Source: Fimicolochytrium jonesii
Lineage: Eukaryota
Length of the DNA: 64,000 bases
NCBI RefSeq assembly: GCF_025526975.1
Contig: NW_026515676.1
Location: 124,001 to 188,000 of the forward strand
Direction of reading: 5' to 3'
Shown: positions 26,285-37,806 of the stretch, in pieces
How positions within the stretch are numbered: position 1 is the stretch's first letter
Layout of the letters: every line of letters begins with the position of its first letter
Notes under the pieces: model-generated
Told to the model about the DNA's origin: nothing
The model's database searches: none
Seen by the model: only the letters and a program-made list of their open reading frames with translations
Position numbers and translations under genes: made by a program

Positions 26285-27111
26285 TCACCCCCTCCTCCCG
26301 CCACCCCCCGCACCCCCCAACCCCTTCCTCACCAACCCGGTCAACCCCTTATGCTCCTCCGCCAACAAATGCTCCGGCCGCGCTTTGAACAGGTACTTGT
26401 GCCGTAATACCGTCACCACATTATATGTCGGTTTCAGCTCCCGCTGCTGTTTCGGAATCTTCTCCCTCGTCGTTGCTGCTGTTGTTGCTGTTGTTGTTGT
26501 TGTTGTTGGTGGCGGTGTAGATAAACCATGAGCGTTGTCATCGTCCATGGGCAGCGACCCCACCTCTACCTCCCCGGCATCCAACGACATCTCAAGCGAC
26601 AAATGGATCGGAGGCGGTGCGGGCGGCGGCGTGCGTTGCATCTCATCGCCTTCCACATCATCCTCGTCGATATCCATCACCTCGGCGTCGTCTTCATCCT
26701 TGAGAGGTGGGATATCACTCGGTAGATGCTTCTGAAGCACAGCAATAGGGTTCTTGAGCGGGACCCGCTGGCCCTCGAGACGGTGGTGCCCGATTTCCAG
26801 GTACGTTGTTTTACCCTGCATGCCCCGAATTCGCACGTTAGGTTTAAAAACAATTCGTTCAAGCACAGAACCAGTCAATCACAGCAAGACGTACGCCAAT
26901 TCCCGAAACTCACATTCTGGGAAATCCGCCACCGCCCCAACGGCGCCCCGGCCAGATCATGCCGGCGGAGGTCGTCCTTGTCGCTGGATTCGTGTTGTTG
27001 GGTGTGCAGGGAGCCTTGGAGTTCTATGAGTGTCCATGCGGGTGGGGTGGTGGTGGAGGAGGAGGAGGAGTGGGAGGAGGGGAGGGTTGTTGGGAGGATT
27101 AGTTGGACCAT
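26285..27111 (-). CDS. CTF8: Chromosome transmission fidelity protein 8 (Ctf18-RFC subunit)
   Basis: MVQLIL..WTLIELQGSL, LEIGHHRLEG..VPLKNPIAVL and VLRHKYLFKARP. One intron. Confidence 0.9.
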
Positions 27112-27424
27112 TTTTTGAAGGAGTGATGGGGGTGGGTTTGGTTGATTGAGGGGCTAGTGGGCAAACGACGGGGAGAAGGAGGGTGAGTTCCGCAAACCGT
27201 CCAAAGCTTCGGACAACTTCGCTGTCGAATGCCGTCAGTTGCATCTGACAAACCGACCCCTTCGCGCGTTGCTGAGGATGCAAAACCCTTAGAGCGTTCC
27301 TTGCTCACATTCAGACCTCATTGCAGCAGTTAGCGACAAAAGATGAAAGTGACAGATGGTCCACATTGTATTCTACAGTTGCTCCACGCATATCTACAAA
27401 ATCCTCGCATCAGCACCCCCAAAA

Positions 27425-29002
27425 TCACCGATCAAAAGCCCCACCCTCCTCCCCCAACCCCCCATCCAAATCCCACCCAAACTCCTCATCCCCCTCCTCC
27501 TCCTCCTCCTTCCCACTCGGCTGCAAAGATCTATAATTCCGATACATCCTCCACCGCCTCAACCGATGCACCGCAAGGGCGAACCGGTCCCAGATCTTGT
27601 CGTAGCCGAGGAACCGCGCGATGAGGTAGCCCGTGAACAGGAGGACGGCGGCGATCGCACCGAGAATCAAGGGGATGTTGAGGATGGCTTTGCCGATGTG
27701 CTTGGAGATGCTGCCCTTTGCTGGGGTGGCGAGCTTGGAAGGCGTTTTGGGGACGGATTCGAGGAGGGCCATTAGGCCGCGGACGTGCTGTGGTAGGGAG
27801 GGCGTAAAGTTAGCGTTGACTCCGGGATGCGGACAGGTCAACGGCATTGCCACGAACCTCATGCAAGACACTGTGAATATCCGCTTGTTTCTTCCCCTTC
27901 GTCCCAATCTCCAGTCCCAGAGCAAAAGCGCCTGCCTGGTCAAACGTCCAGTCAAGATCCGATCCCGACAGAGTGGTCCCCCGTGCGTCATACTCCGTCC
28001 CAACTATATAGGCGCTATTGGTGGCGAAAGTCAGCGTACTGACAATCCCATCATACGTCGCCGCATCAGCATCCGTGAACAGCTTGCGCGCCCGCTGCAC
28101 ACTGCTATTCGATGGGTGATACGTGTACGGAATGACCAGCCGCGACCGATTCGCCGTCGCCGCATCACGCAGAAACACCGCCACCCTCGGCTTAGCGACA
28201 TTCGTGACAAACTCCTGCAAAGCATTTGTCTCCGGCTCCGAGAACTCGTCGTCGCCGTGATAGTTCGGCGAACATTCGTCCGTGTACTTTTGGCTCGTTG
28301 CCTTGTTGGGCAGGTACAGATCCCATGCGAAATTCCAGTTCGCGGCTAGATCGACGCCACCCTTCGATGTGTCTGCTTTACACCCCGGCCGCATGTTCTT
28401 GGCCTTCCCCGATATGGACCCGTCGACGTTCAACATTGGCACCACGTACAGTTTCGTGGTGGCTAGTAATGCTGCCATTTGTGGTTCGTTGACGATTGTC
28501 TTTGCGAGCTCTAACGCGGCTGACGCTGACATTGGCTCGTTTCCGCGGGTTAGTGCTGTTACGAGCATCGAGGGACGCTTATCCAGCGGCGTTGCCAGGT
28601 TGACGGTGTCTGTTAGTGCCAATACTGGGATGGGCCTAGGGTGGGAGTACCGTCAGCGAGCAGCTTCTCAAAAGCAGACACTGCACTAGAGCATACCTGC
28701 TTTGTAGTGACTGTCCTATTTCTATCTTCGACACAAGGTTCGTCTTGTTCTTGACGATAGCATTGCAACCAGTGACAACCTCGTCGTACTGCGAAACAGA
28801 GGGGGTTCAGACGCTCGATACTAGTCCGCTGCCAGCATAGCTAAGTCCTCCTCACCTTCCAGTAACCGTCGTACGGACCCTCTTCCACCTTGCCGTCGAA
28901 CCAGTTCGTCTGCGGGCCGGCGTAGGCTGGAGCGACACAAAGCGAAGCAAATGTCGCCAGCAGCAGTATGCCTGACGGAAGAGGGTGTTTGAGAAGCAGC
29001 AT
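27425..29002 (-). CDS. M14 zinc-carboxypeptidase-fold type I membrane protein, probably catalytically inactive
   Basis: Signal peptide, then IGQSLQSRPI, VPMLNVDG, GVDLAANW, FSEPET and SGSDLDW, with a C-terminal TM helix and acidic tail. Four exons. Confidence 0.85.
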
Positions 29003-29184
29003 TGCTATGATACAGGTATTCTCTATGTATGTTGCAGCTGAGGGTTTGAGGTGGGAGGGATAGTGAGGGACGTTCGAAGTTGTCCTTGGCGGGAGTGCTC
29101 AGTAGCCGCTTGCTGTCACTTCTCCTCTCGGAATGCGAAAAATCACCTCGGCTTCTTTCGCAACTCAACGTCTCTCGGCCAAGA

Positions 29185-29210
<26 letters not shown>
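29185..29210 (+). repeat. (AC)13 microsatellite immediately upstream of the RRB1 start codon
   Basis: A perfect AC run ends 3 nt before ATG 29214. Confidence 0.95.
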
Positions 29211-29213
<3 letters not shown>

Positions 29214-29216
<3 letters not shown>

Positions 29217-30955
29217 GCTGGAAAGAAACGTCAGGCCCCCGCCGCCTCAGAAGACCATGGTGACGCTATGGACGTCTCACCCCGCAAGGGCCCAAAGACT
29301 GTCAGCGACAACTCCGTCCATGATCAGCTGCCACAACAAAACGAAGACGAGGGAATGGGCGAGTTCGAGGACCAGTTCGAGGACGAAGTGGAGGACGAGG
29401 ACGAGGGAGAGGTCGTCATCGCCCCTGATAGCGATGAGGAGGAGGATGAGGATGGTGAGTGGCAAACCCGCAAATACTTACAACGCTTGCCTGTAGAGTA
29501 TCACGCTGAAGCTTTTCAATGTGAAAAAAAAAAACTTTTGAACAGAAATGGAACTCGACAACAATGACGACGAGGCAGAACCCGCCGACGACCTCGAAGT
29601 TTACCTCCCCGGTCAAAAGCTAGCCGAGGACGAAGAACTGGTCGCCGATCCCAGCACTTACGAAATGCTGCACTCCATGGGTGTCGAATGGCCCTGCCTC
29701 AGTTTCGACGTTCTTCGAGACAGGTTGGGTACGGGACGAGCTACCTTCCCGATGACCTCGTACATCGTTGCTGGGTCACAGGCGGAGCAGGCTAAGGACA
29801 ACAAATTGTATGTTATGAAGATGAGCCAGTTGCACAAGACGAAGGTGGCGGATGATGAGGATGGGGAGGAGAGCGGGGATGATGATTTGGATGATGACCC
29901 TATTCTGGAGTACAAAACCGTACCGCATTACGGAGGGGTCAACCGTGTCAGGGTGAGTGGCGGGGGTGATGGTTGAAGGTAGAACCCGGACGCAGTGTCT
30001 GATCTGCCCATACTTTCACAGGTTATGCCGCACAACGAAGCCCACATCGTAGCCTCCTGGGCAGACACGGGGAAGGTGCACATCTACGATATCACCGAAC
30101 ATGTCCGTGCCTTAGATACCCCCGGTCTCATCCCGCCAAGAGAGCCAAAGCCAATGTACACGATCGACAACCACGGAGCCTACGAAGGTTACGCCATGGA
30201 CTGGTCGTCCCTTCAAACCGGCCATCTCGTCACTGGAGACACCAAGGGACGCATCTTCCTGACCCAGAGGACAGAGTCGGCCCAATTTGTCACGAACAAG
30301 GACTACTTCCGTGGCCACACTGATTCCGTGGAGGATCTTCAGTGGTGTCCTACGAGGACGAACGTCTTTGCGTCTGCGAGTGTTGATCAGACGATCAAGA
30401 TTTGGGATGCGAGGGAGCGAAGCAAGCCACAATTGAGTGTGCACGCTCACGATTCCGATGTCAATGTCATTAGCTGGCACACGTTAGTACCATCTCTCTC
30501 GGCCTGATATCGGCTCTAGACTGATCTTTGCTAACCAATCTTCATCATTCTCAAAAAGAACGAAAGACAACCTCCTGGCCTCCGGCTCCGATTCCGGCGT
30601 GTTCAGCATCTGGGATCTCCGCACCTGGTCCGTCACCGCCACCCCCACCCCCGCCGCGACCTACAAATGGCACCAAGACGCCATCACCTCCATCGAATGG
30701 GCGCCCCACGAATCCTCCGCCCTCGCTGTCGCGGGCGCCGACGACCAAATCACCCTGTGGGATCTGTCTATGGAGAAGGACGAAGACGAGGCGCCCACGA
30801 TCGGCGCGTCCGGTGTGGAAGTACCGCCCCAGCTGATGTTTATTCATCAGGGCCAGCAGCACATTAAGGAGTTGCATTACCATAGGCAATGTCCGGGCGT
30901 GATTATTAGCACGGCGTTGAATGGGTTCAATGTATTCAAGACTATCAACTCTTGA
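29214..30955 (+). CDS. RRB1: Ribosome assembly WD40 protein Rrb1/GRWD1
   Basis: Acidic N-terminus, YEMLHSMGVEWPCLSFD, EGYAMDWS, GHTDSVEDLQW, PPQLMFIHQGQ and GFNVFKTIN. Confidence 0.95.
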
Positions 30956-31442
30956 GTAGTGAGGGACCTACCGCCGCGTAGATAGAGTTGGCGGATGCGG
31001 GCGTCAGCGGGCAGTTCCTGGTGAACCGACCTGACCCGCATGTTTCAAGGATATATGGCCTGACTGAGGGCTATATCAGCAATAGTCGTAGGGCCAAGCT
31101 AGATGGTAGTACCAGCAACATCACTTTTTTCTTCATATGTAATTTATCATCCCGAGAAGCAATAGCATCATAGCACCCACCACACTTCGCATGTTCCCAA
31201 GAGCAGACGCGCGGGAGTGTGGAATGTTCGTATCCTGGGGGGTTCTTTGAGCGGAGCCGCCGGAGAGCCGCTTGCGAGGCGTTTTGCACGCGGCGCGACG
31301 TCACATTCACGAATCACCAACACTCCGTCAGCCTCCAAGCCCTCGCTCGACATAAGCGCAAACATAAAGCAGGACGTTGGCCTTTGAGGGTCCTCACCAA
31401 CACCAACTCAACTCTCGCAAGTCAAACGCCCCTAGCAGAGCC

Positions 31443-32688
31443 ATGTCGCCCGATAACAGCAAATCCGAACTGGGACCCCTTCCCGCGCACTTCAAGAAGG
31501 AAAACGTCCGGGTCATTTGCTGCGATATCGGTAAGTAGCTTTCCATCCCAAACTCCGCTCCTATTCCCTATTCGCTGGAACCTGTTCCCACTGACATATA
31601 TTCTTCAATTCTCAATAGACGGCACAACCATACGAAAGGACCACACAGTCTCCAAACGCACCATCAACGCCTTTCACTACCTCCGAAAAAACCACCCCGA
31701 TGTGCAAATCATGTTCGCGACAGGTCGGCCCGCCAGCGCCGCTGGGAACATTGCCCCGTTGCTGAAAGACGAGACCGACGGCAAGGACAGCGCACCAAAG
31801 GGGAAAGGAAACGCAGTCATCGGCGTGTACCTAAACGGCTCCCTCGTCCTCGAACACGCCGACGGGACCGTCAAATCCGCCACGACGGGTATCGACCTCA
31901 CCAACGGACAACCCGTCGAGTACGACCCGTCCCTCGCTGACAAAGTCACGGGCGGGGATACCTCCTTCAAAGGGCCGTGGTACGCCTACATCGACACCAC
32001 CCGCCTGCACATCCTGCATGAACGCCGCCTCCTCCCCAAGGACGCGATCTGGTACCTCAACTACGCGGAAACCTACAATCTGACCATCATCGCCTACTGC
32101 GGCAACGAGATAGTCACCCCCAACCGTTACGACGCGGTGTTTGAGCACACGTTTGCCGCCGGTGAGCCGCGCGCGATCTACGATAAGGATCTGAAGGGGA
32201 AGGTGGAGCGCGGGGAATTGGTGCCGCACAAATTTGCACTTGTGAGCATGGACTTTGCGAGGATGGACGATGTGGAGCGGTCGTTGGGGGTCGAGGAGGG
32301 GGATGTGGTGGAGGCGGGGAGGGATGGGAAGCATAACTTCATCCCGCATGCGTCGCTGGGCCCGCGACCGCGCGATACGACGAAATTGCTGAGGCTCGGG
32401 AAGGATCGGTTGGAGGTGATGCATGTTGACGCTTCCAAGGCTGCTGCGTTGCAGACGCTGTGCAAGAGCAATAAACTAGGCACCGGCAAGGTGTCCATGA
32501 GCCATGTCATGGCGTTTGGCGATGGGTTCAACGACATTGAGATGGTGCAGGAAGCCGGCATGGGTGTTGCGATGGCTAACGGGGAGGAACCACTCAGAAA
32601 GATTGCGGACTTTGTGAGTGCGACGAACGACGAAGATGGGGTGGCGAGGGTGCTGGAGAAGGTGTTTGATATAGAGTGGAAGGATTGA
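31443..32688 (+). CDS. Cof-like HAD-superfamily (IIB) hydrolase
   Basis: DIDGT (split by intron 31531-31618), ATGR, YLNGS, SKAAAL, AFGDGFNDIEM, GVAMAN and NDEDGVA. Confidence 0.92.
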
Positions 32689-32968
32689 AAAATGTGATCA
32701 TCCCTACTCGACCCAGGTCGCCACTCTAGAGAAGGTTTATGTAGAACAGGGCATTTCGCATCTATCACAGTGTATTTACATGTTTTAACATAGATCTCTA
32801 CTCTAATACATCTACATTGCCGTAACGCACTCATCACGACTCCGGTTCAATTTGAATACTTCGTCAATAAATAAACGCTATGTACAAGTTCCAAGGAAAC
32901 AATGACTCGAGGGAAGGCACAGCTCAAGGTCTACCACGTCTTTTTTTTTACACGGAACCTTCTACAAC

Positions 32969-34561
32969 CTAGAAGTTCTGACACTTCCCATCAAAATCGC
33001 AGCCAATCTTCCCAGCCAACGCTTGCTTCAGCAGATGTATCGGACACGCTTCACGGCCTTCGCATCCGGGTATCACGACGGGTTGCTCGCCGACAAGGGC
33101 GCGAACTTTGTAGGTTTTCCGATCGTTCGCGATGTGGTGTCGTTGCGGATGATCAAGCTCTTGGGATGCGGGGCATTCCAGCAGTTCGAAGATGAAGTTC
33201 CCGCCGAAAGGGGAGAACTCGGCGCCGCGGAATACTCTGGCCTTGATCTGCTCGTCAGTCCAGTGTGGTTGAATCCCCTTCGGCGAATGCGGATCCCGAA
33301 ACAAGCCGAGTGTCGAGATAAGCGGCGTAAGCGTCTCAGCATGACCGAACCGGAACGCCGCCATGGGATGATTTGGCGTGCCTCCTCCCCTACGGCTCCC
33401 AGCGGCGATAGTCTCATCAAAACCCCCAAAGATCTTTGTCAAAAGCGGACAAGCCAGCCACTCATTCACATCCCCCTCCAACCCATACGCTCTATAATAG
33501 TTCAGATTCAAATCCACCGCGAAGTCATTCAACGCCAGCTCCTCGTCCGTAAACAACGAGCAGAACCCGGCCTCCTTGCCCTGAATGGTGTATTCGAAAG
33601 CGCAGAGCTTGAACATTATCGTCACGTCATGGATCGTCAGGTCGTGTAGGAGAGCGTCGCGGGCCAGTCGGGCGATGATGGCGGGGTAGCGACGCTGGGC
33701 GAAGGTCGTGCCGGGTAAGGGTAACGGGGGATTTTCCGTCGCGTTTTCGTAGCGCTTGCAGCAATCGTAAGGGCGGAGAATGGGATCTTGGTGGTTGGGG
33801 AAAATGGAGGTTTGGAGGGACGAAAAAGCGACATCCTGGTCGTGCTTATGGGCGAACAGCCCTTGCTGAAACGCTCGTCCTGATGTGATCGTCCGCGATA
33901 CATTTGTCGTCTGCCATTCGATCCTGCCCACATCCGAGACAAGATGCGCGTACTTTTCCTTCAACCGCCGGCCGAGTTCGAATGAATCCACTTCGCCTTG
34001 CGTCGTCAGCATTCCGGTCATTGCGAAATCACACGGAGCCGTGAAGTTCGTCAGGAAGCTGTACTTGTGCCCCGCAGGTGGTGGTGGAGGGGTATACGTT
34101 GTTGCGAGCTTCGTGCGCAGATCCAGATATTGCTTGAGATCTGATCCGTTGGGGTTGCGTGTGCCGTGGCGGGCTAAGAGTTGGACGTTGACGACCTTGC
34201 ATGTGCTTGCTTCTTGACGGTTACCTGATCTGAGCTGTTTACTTTCCCACGCCGTCCTCAGAGGCACGTTGTCGTCGGTTCTGTCGCGCCAAGACTGTGC
34301 GCTGGAATCCTCGTCGGGGACAAGGTACCGCGACTTTGTGCTCAACCGCAACTTTCGTTCCGGTGGTGGAAGGAGTTTGAGGTGGTCGTCGACTACGACA
34401 GGAGCTGGGAAGTCTACCTCGCTCGTCGCGGTGGTCCGGCACGGAATGTCCAGAGAGCCGCAAAGTGCCTCCGACTGTGCCGTGGCGGGGACAGGACCGG
34501 CGTCGGCTGCCGCAAGGAGTAAGAGGGACGCAAATACGGGGATGTATCTTTGGCTTCGCAT
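32969..34561 (-). CDS. Secreted histidine acid phosphatase / MINPP1-like phytase
   Basis: Signal peptide, catalytic RHGTRNP motif and FGHAETL (MINPP-type HAE). Intronless. Confidence 0.9.
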   Translation of the reverse strand: MRSQRYIPVFASLLLLAAADAGPVPATAQSEALCGSLDIPCRTTATSEVDFPAPVVVDDHLKLLPPPERKLRLSTKSRYLVPDEDSSAQSWRDRTDDNVPLRTAWESKQLRSGNRQEASTCKVVNVQLLARHGTRNPNGSDLKQYLDLRTKLATTYTPPPPPAGHKYSFLTNFTAPCDFAMTGMLTTQGEVDSFELGRRLKEKYAHLVSDVGRIEWQTTNVSRTITSGRAFQQGLFAHKHDQDVAFSSLQTSIFPNHQDPILRPYDCCKRYENATENPPLPLPGTTFAQRRYPAIIARLARDALLHDLTIHDVTIMFKLCAFEYTIQGKEAGFCSLFTDEELALNDFAVDLNLNYYRAYGLEGDVNEWLACPLLTKIFGGFDETIAAGSRRGGGTPNHPMAAFRFGHAETLTPLISTLGLFRDPHSPKGIQPHWTDEQIKARVFRGAEFSPFGGNFIFELLECPASQELDHPQRHHIANDRKTYKVRALVGEQPVVIPGCEGREACPIHLLKQALAGKIGCDFDGKCQNF

Positions 34562-35016
34562 GACTGTGCGGGTTCTGGCTAATGAAATTGTTGCCTTCTT
34601 GGAGTGCGAATGGTGCGGTGCCAGCGGGCGGCGACTGCTGCAGACGGACTCGAAGGAGTAAGTCAAGACTCAGTTAGTGTAGAGAGGAACTGCATGCACC
34701 CATAAGCCTTTATATTCCCAGCAGCAGTTGTTCCAGCTGGTCCCTTGGTGGGGCTGGAGGGAGGCAGCGACGGAAAACGTGCTGTGCCGAGAGGTCGCGA
34801 ACAACGCGAGCAGAAGTGGTGATGACGGCTTGGCTGGCTCAGGGTGGGGGAAGTTGAACAGGGGGACGGCTCATTTTTATTTCAGGCCACGTGCCAGCAG
34901 ATGCAGTTCAATTGAACAACACACGCCCGGCGGAAATACCCGCTTGTGTGTCCTTCACATTCACAAGCAACTGCAAACGCTCCCCAAACCTCAACCAACG
35001 AGAAAACTCGCTCAAA

Positions 35017-35552
35017 ATGGCTGGCGGTCACAAGTAAGTCTCCTCTCCTCAACGGAGCTCATAGCAGTCTACTGGTCGGTTGCAAAATTGCGGTAGGGAC
35101 TCACTACTGATAAATCTGTGTCTCTTTCCACGGTCCTCGCTCGCCTTCGGTTGATTCCCACTCTCGCTCGTCTTCGAACATACGATCGCCTTCCGCCTTC
35201 TCCTTCTCTCTGTGCTAACACGTCACCAACAAAAGATGGTGGGGAAACCAATCGCTGCAAAGCGGATTCTACGAATATGGTCTGTCGCCATTTCAAACAC
35301 AGACCATGAAGGGCTTCTTCAACCCCGGAGCCTTCAGGCTGTTCAAGCGCTTGGGACGACAGGCCTTGTTCATTGGTCCCCCAGCGCTGGCCTTCTTCTA
35401 CGTGAAGGACTGGGCTGATGCCAAGGTGCGTTTGCTGGAGGACTTTGAGTTTTTGTATGGGAAAACCGTACTGACGGACGATTTTGACATAGTTCGAGCA
35501 CTACAATCGGAAGGCATATCTCTTGAGCCCCGAGCACAAGCACGAGCACTAG
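35017..35552 (+). CDS. QCR8: Cytochrome b-c1 complex subunit 8
   Basis: The spliced product is MAGGHKWWGNQSLQSGFYEYGLSPFQTQTMKGFF...FIGPP...WADAKFEHYNRK. Introns at 35034-35235 and about 35426-35491. Confidence 0.88.
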
Positions 35553-35884
35553 ATACATCGTTAGAGGCAGAATCCCTCGAATTGTCATCATATACCGGAC
35601 TTAGCCCAAAATACATCAAATATGAATCAGAGTTTCGTCGCGGAGACTTGATGTACGTTACAATCCACCACATCACTTATTTGTTTTGTGTCAAAGGGGT
35701 TCCCATTTGTGTTCAGGTTCTCGCCTCATGGCCGGCTATTTATCGTTGCTATGCTGGTGCGTGCATGTTTATCGATAAAGTTGCACTCCAGCAGCCTTTA
35801 TAACCTGCTCTCATTGTTTGTTTCACAGCGGTTCTGCCACTACCTCAAGCTTTTCAACCTGAAGTTCCTCCACGTCTTGACGAC

Positions 35885-36317
35885 ATGAGCTCTGCAACAC
35901 ACGCCACGGAGTCTCGCGTCATCCCCTGCCCTCTGCACATCCTCTGGCAACAGATAGTCGCTACACCGTTACGGTTCTGGAAGACGGCGGTGCAATCGGT
36001 AGAAGTCGTCTCCGGGTCGCCAACGGAGGTTGGGGCGCAGTTCATCGTGCAGTTCAAGGACGGAACTAGGCAGCGCCTCCAGATCAATGAGCTCTCTGAG
36101 CTCCATCACCATGTGACCTATGAACTTCTTGAGAGCGACCCTCCCGTGTACACATTGGCCGCTCTGCACACGATCCGCTTGGTGCGGGTGACACACGACA
36201 ACTCAACATACGTGGAGCTCTCGGCGCAGTTCACTCAGCGGCGAAAACACTACCGCAGTCGTGGAGGACTCACGCCTAAAGAAGAAGGAGGCTCTCAAAG
36301 CCTTAGCTACGCTCTGA
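35885..36317 (+). CDS. Bet v1/SRPBCC (polyketide cyclase-like) protein, with a frameshift at about 36233-36236
   Basis: ESRVIPCP...FKDGT...ELSEL...YELLESDP...HTIRLVRVTHDNSTYVE. The expected C-terminal helix AVVEDSRLKKKEALKAL* is in the +1 frame. Confidence 0.8.
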
Positions 36318-36354
36318 TTTTATTTTGGAGATCGCCCGCCACCATCTATCTGCC

Positions 36355-36641
36355 TTATCCGCCTTGTAAGAAGACAGCAGCGCCGTCTTGTAGCGCCTCT
36401 TCGTCCCCACTCCCATCGTCCCCTTCCCTGTCTCGGCGCCCTGGTTCGATAAAGCGTCTCCCTTTGATTCCTTGTTGGCCCCCTCCGCGCCTTCCTTGAA
36501 CTCTACAGTGTCGCGTGTATTCGATGTTCTTTAACTTTTGTAGCTCCTCTATAATCTTGCTTTTGATCATGGGCTGTTCTCCGGGTATTCACTGAGCATC
36601 CATTGCCTGTACTTAGGGTAGAGATCTGATGGTTTCTCCAT
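36355..36641 (-). pseudogene. Possible relic of a viral/plasmid D5-type primase-helicase C-terminal winged helix
   Basis: KPSDLYPKYRQWMLSEYPENS / MIKSKIIEELQKL...RVQGRRGGGQQGIKGRRF are joined by a 1-nt frameshift. Recognised by motif resemblance only. Confidence 0.4.
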
Positions 36642-37027
36642 GTGTCGCGGAGCTGAGGAGTGGTTGAGATGCTAGGAATCGATGCGATGTGAGGAACGGG
36701 GTGGGAAACATCACTGTGGGGTGAGCTCCCCGTCAAACGGTCGAGCGAGACTACACCCGTGTGAGGACGTAAATCCCTCCAATCGACTGCGTGCTTGATG
36801 TGGCTCTCGGGAAAACATTCTGGTTTCCCACTACGGCTTCGAAGAGACGGTTGCTATTATTCTGTTTGTCTACACAGAGCGGGAAGGCAGGCTGGAAATC
36901 ATCCAGGGAAGCGTACGCCTAGACAGAGGAGCTGCTCACGACTGACTACTCTAGAGAGTCTACACCATATTGGAAAACTAATCGGCAACCCGAGGATTGA
37001 CCAGCGCCGAATCGTACGCCAAATCAT

Positions 37028-37806
37028 TCAAGCACTCCACACATCCTCAAACTGCTCGAAGTGAGGCCGAAGTCCCGTGGCTTCCACCGTCATCTCTTCC
37101 AGCGACCTTGGCTTCCTTTCGTCATTATCCACTCCCTTCTTGTCCTTTGCTCCTTTACTGAGTTCTGCGTTCATTTCTCTCTCCTTCTTATCAATTTCCG
37201 GGTAGATTTCATCGTTATTGGCCCAATCACCCTTCACTCGTGGGATAATGTGGACATGGACGTGCGGTACCGTTTGGCCAGCCATCGGTCCATCCTAAAG
37301 GTCAGATTGCCCATTATCAGATCGATCCCCGCAGCACAATCAATAACATCGACATCGTTACCTGTAGTGTAATCGTCAAAGATTCACCCTTATACTCCTT
37401 CTCCACAACAGCCCCGACCTTTTGAGCTGTGAGGAACATGTCCTTGACTTCATCCGATGTGAGCTCAGAGAATCGGGGCACAACCCGTCGAGGTAAGACT
37501 AGAACATCTGTATGACAAACATCAGAGGACCTTTTCTCAGGGACAGCTGTTACCAAGAGCGAGTAGTCGGAAAGCGACTTTGTACATACGGCCACTTTAG
37601 GATTGGAAGAACAAGGTGTTAGCAGTGGCCCGGGAACAACCACTCTCTACTGCAGAGCGCTCATTTTAATAAGCCAATAGATAGCAAGTTCAACGCACTT
37701 ACGGAACAATGGGCTTGTAGTTGACGATTCCTAGAGACAGCTTTGTGGTGAGAAATACCTCCCCTGCCGGGATGGGCCATTGCCCGAACTTGAAAACCTG
37801 GCCCAT
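37028..37806 (-). CDS. FHIT: Bis(5'-adenosyl)-triphosphatase, HIT family (Fhit/Hnt2)
   Basis: [50 protein letters not shown] and [10 protein letters not shown]. Confidence 0.95.

Noticed and set aside
26471..26510. (GTT/GCT)n tract here, and the (GAG)n tract at 41710-41740
   Set aside because: Ordinary coding trinucleotide repeats (poly-Thr in CTF8, poly-Glu in RanGAP).
35034..35235. Intronic snoRNA in the unusually long QCR8 intron
   Set aside because: No paired C/D boxes or convincing H/ACA double hairpin is visible.
37625..37643. GTGGTTGTTCCCGGG (VVPG) in FHIT intron 1 as an alternative exon
   Set aside because: It continues as P-L rather than H-V and has no suitable splice sites. The 5-nt microexon explains the motif.
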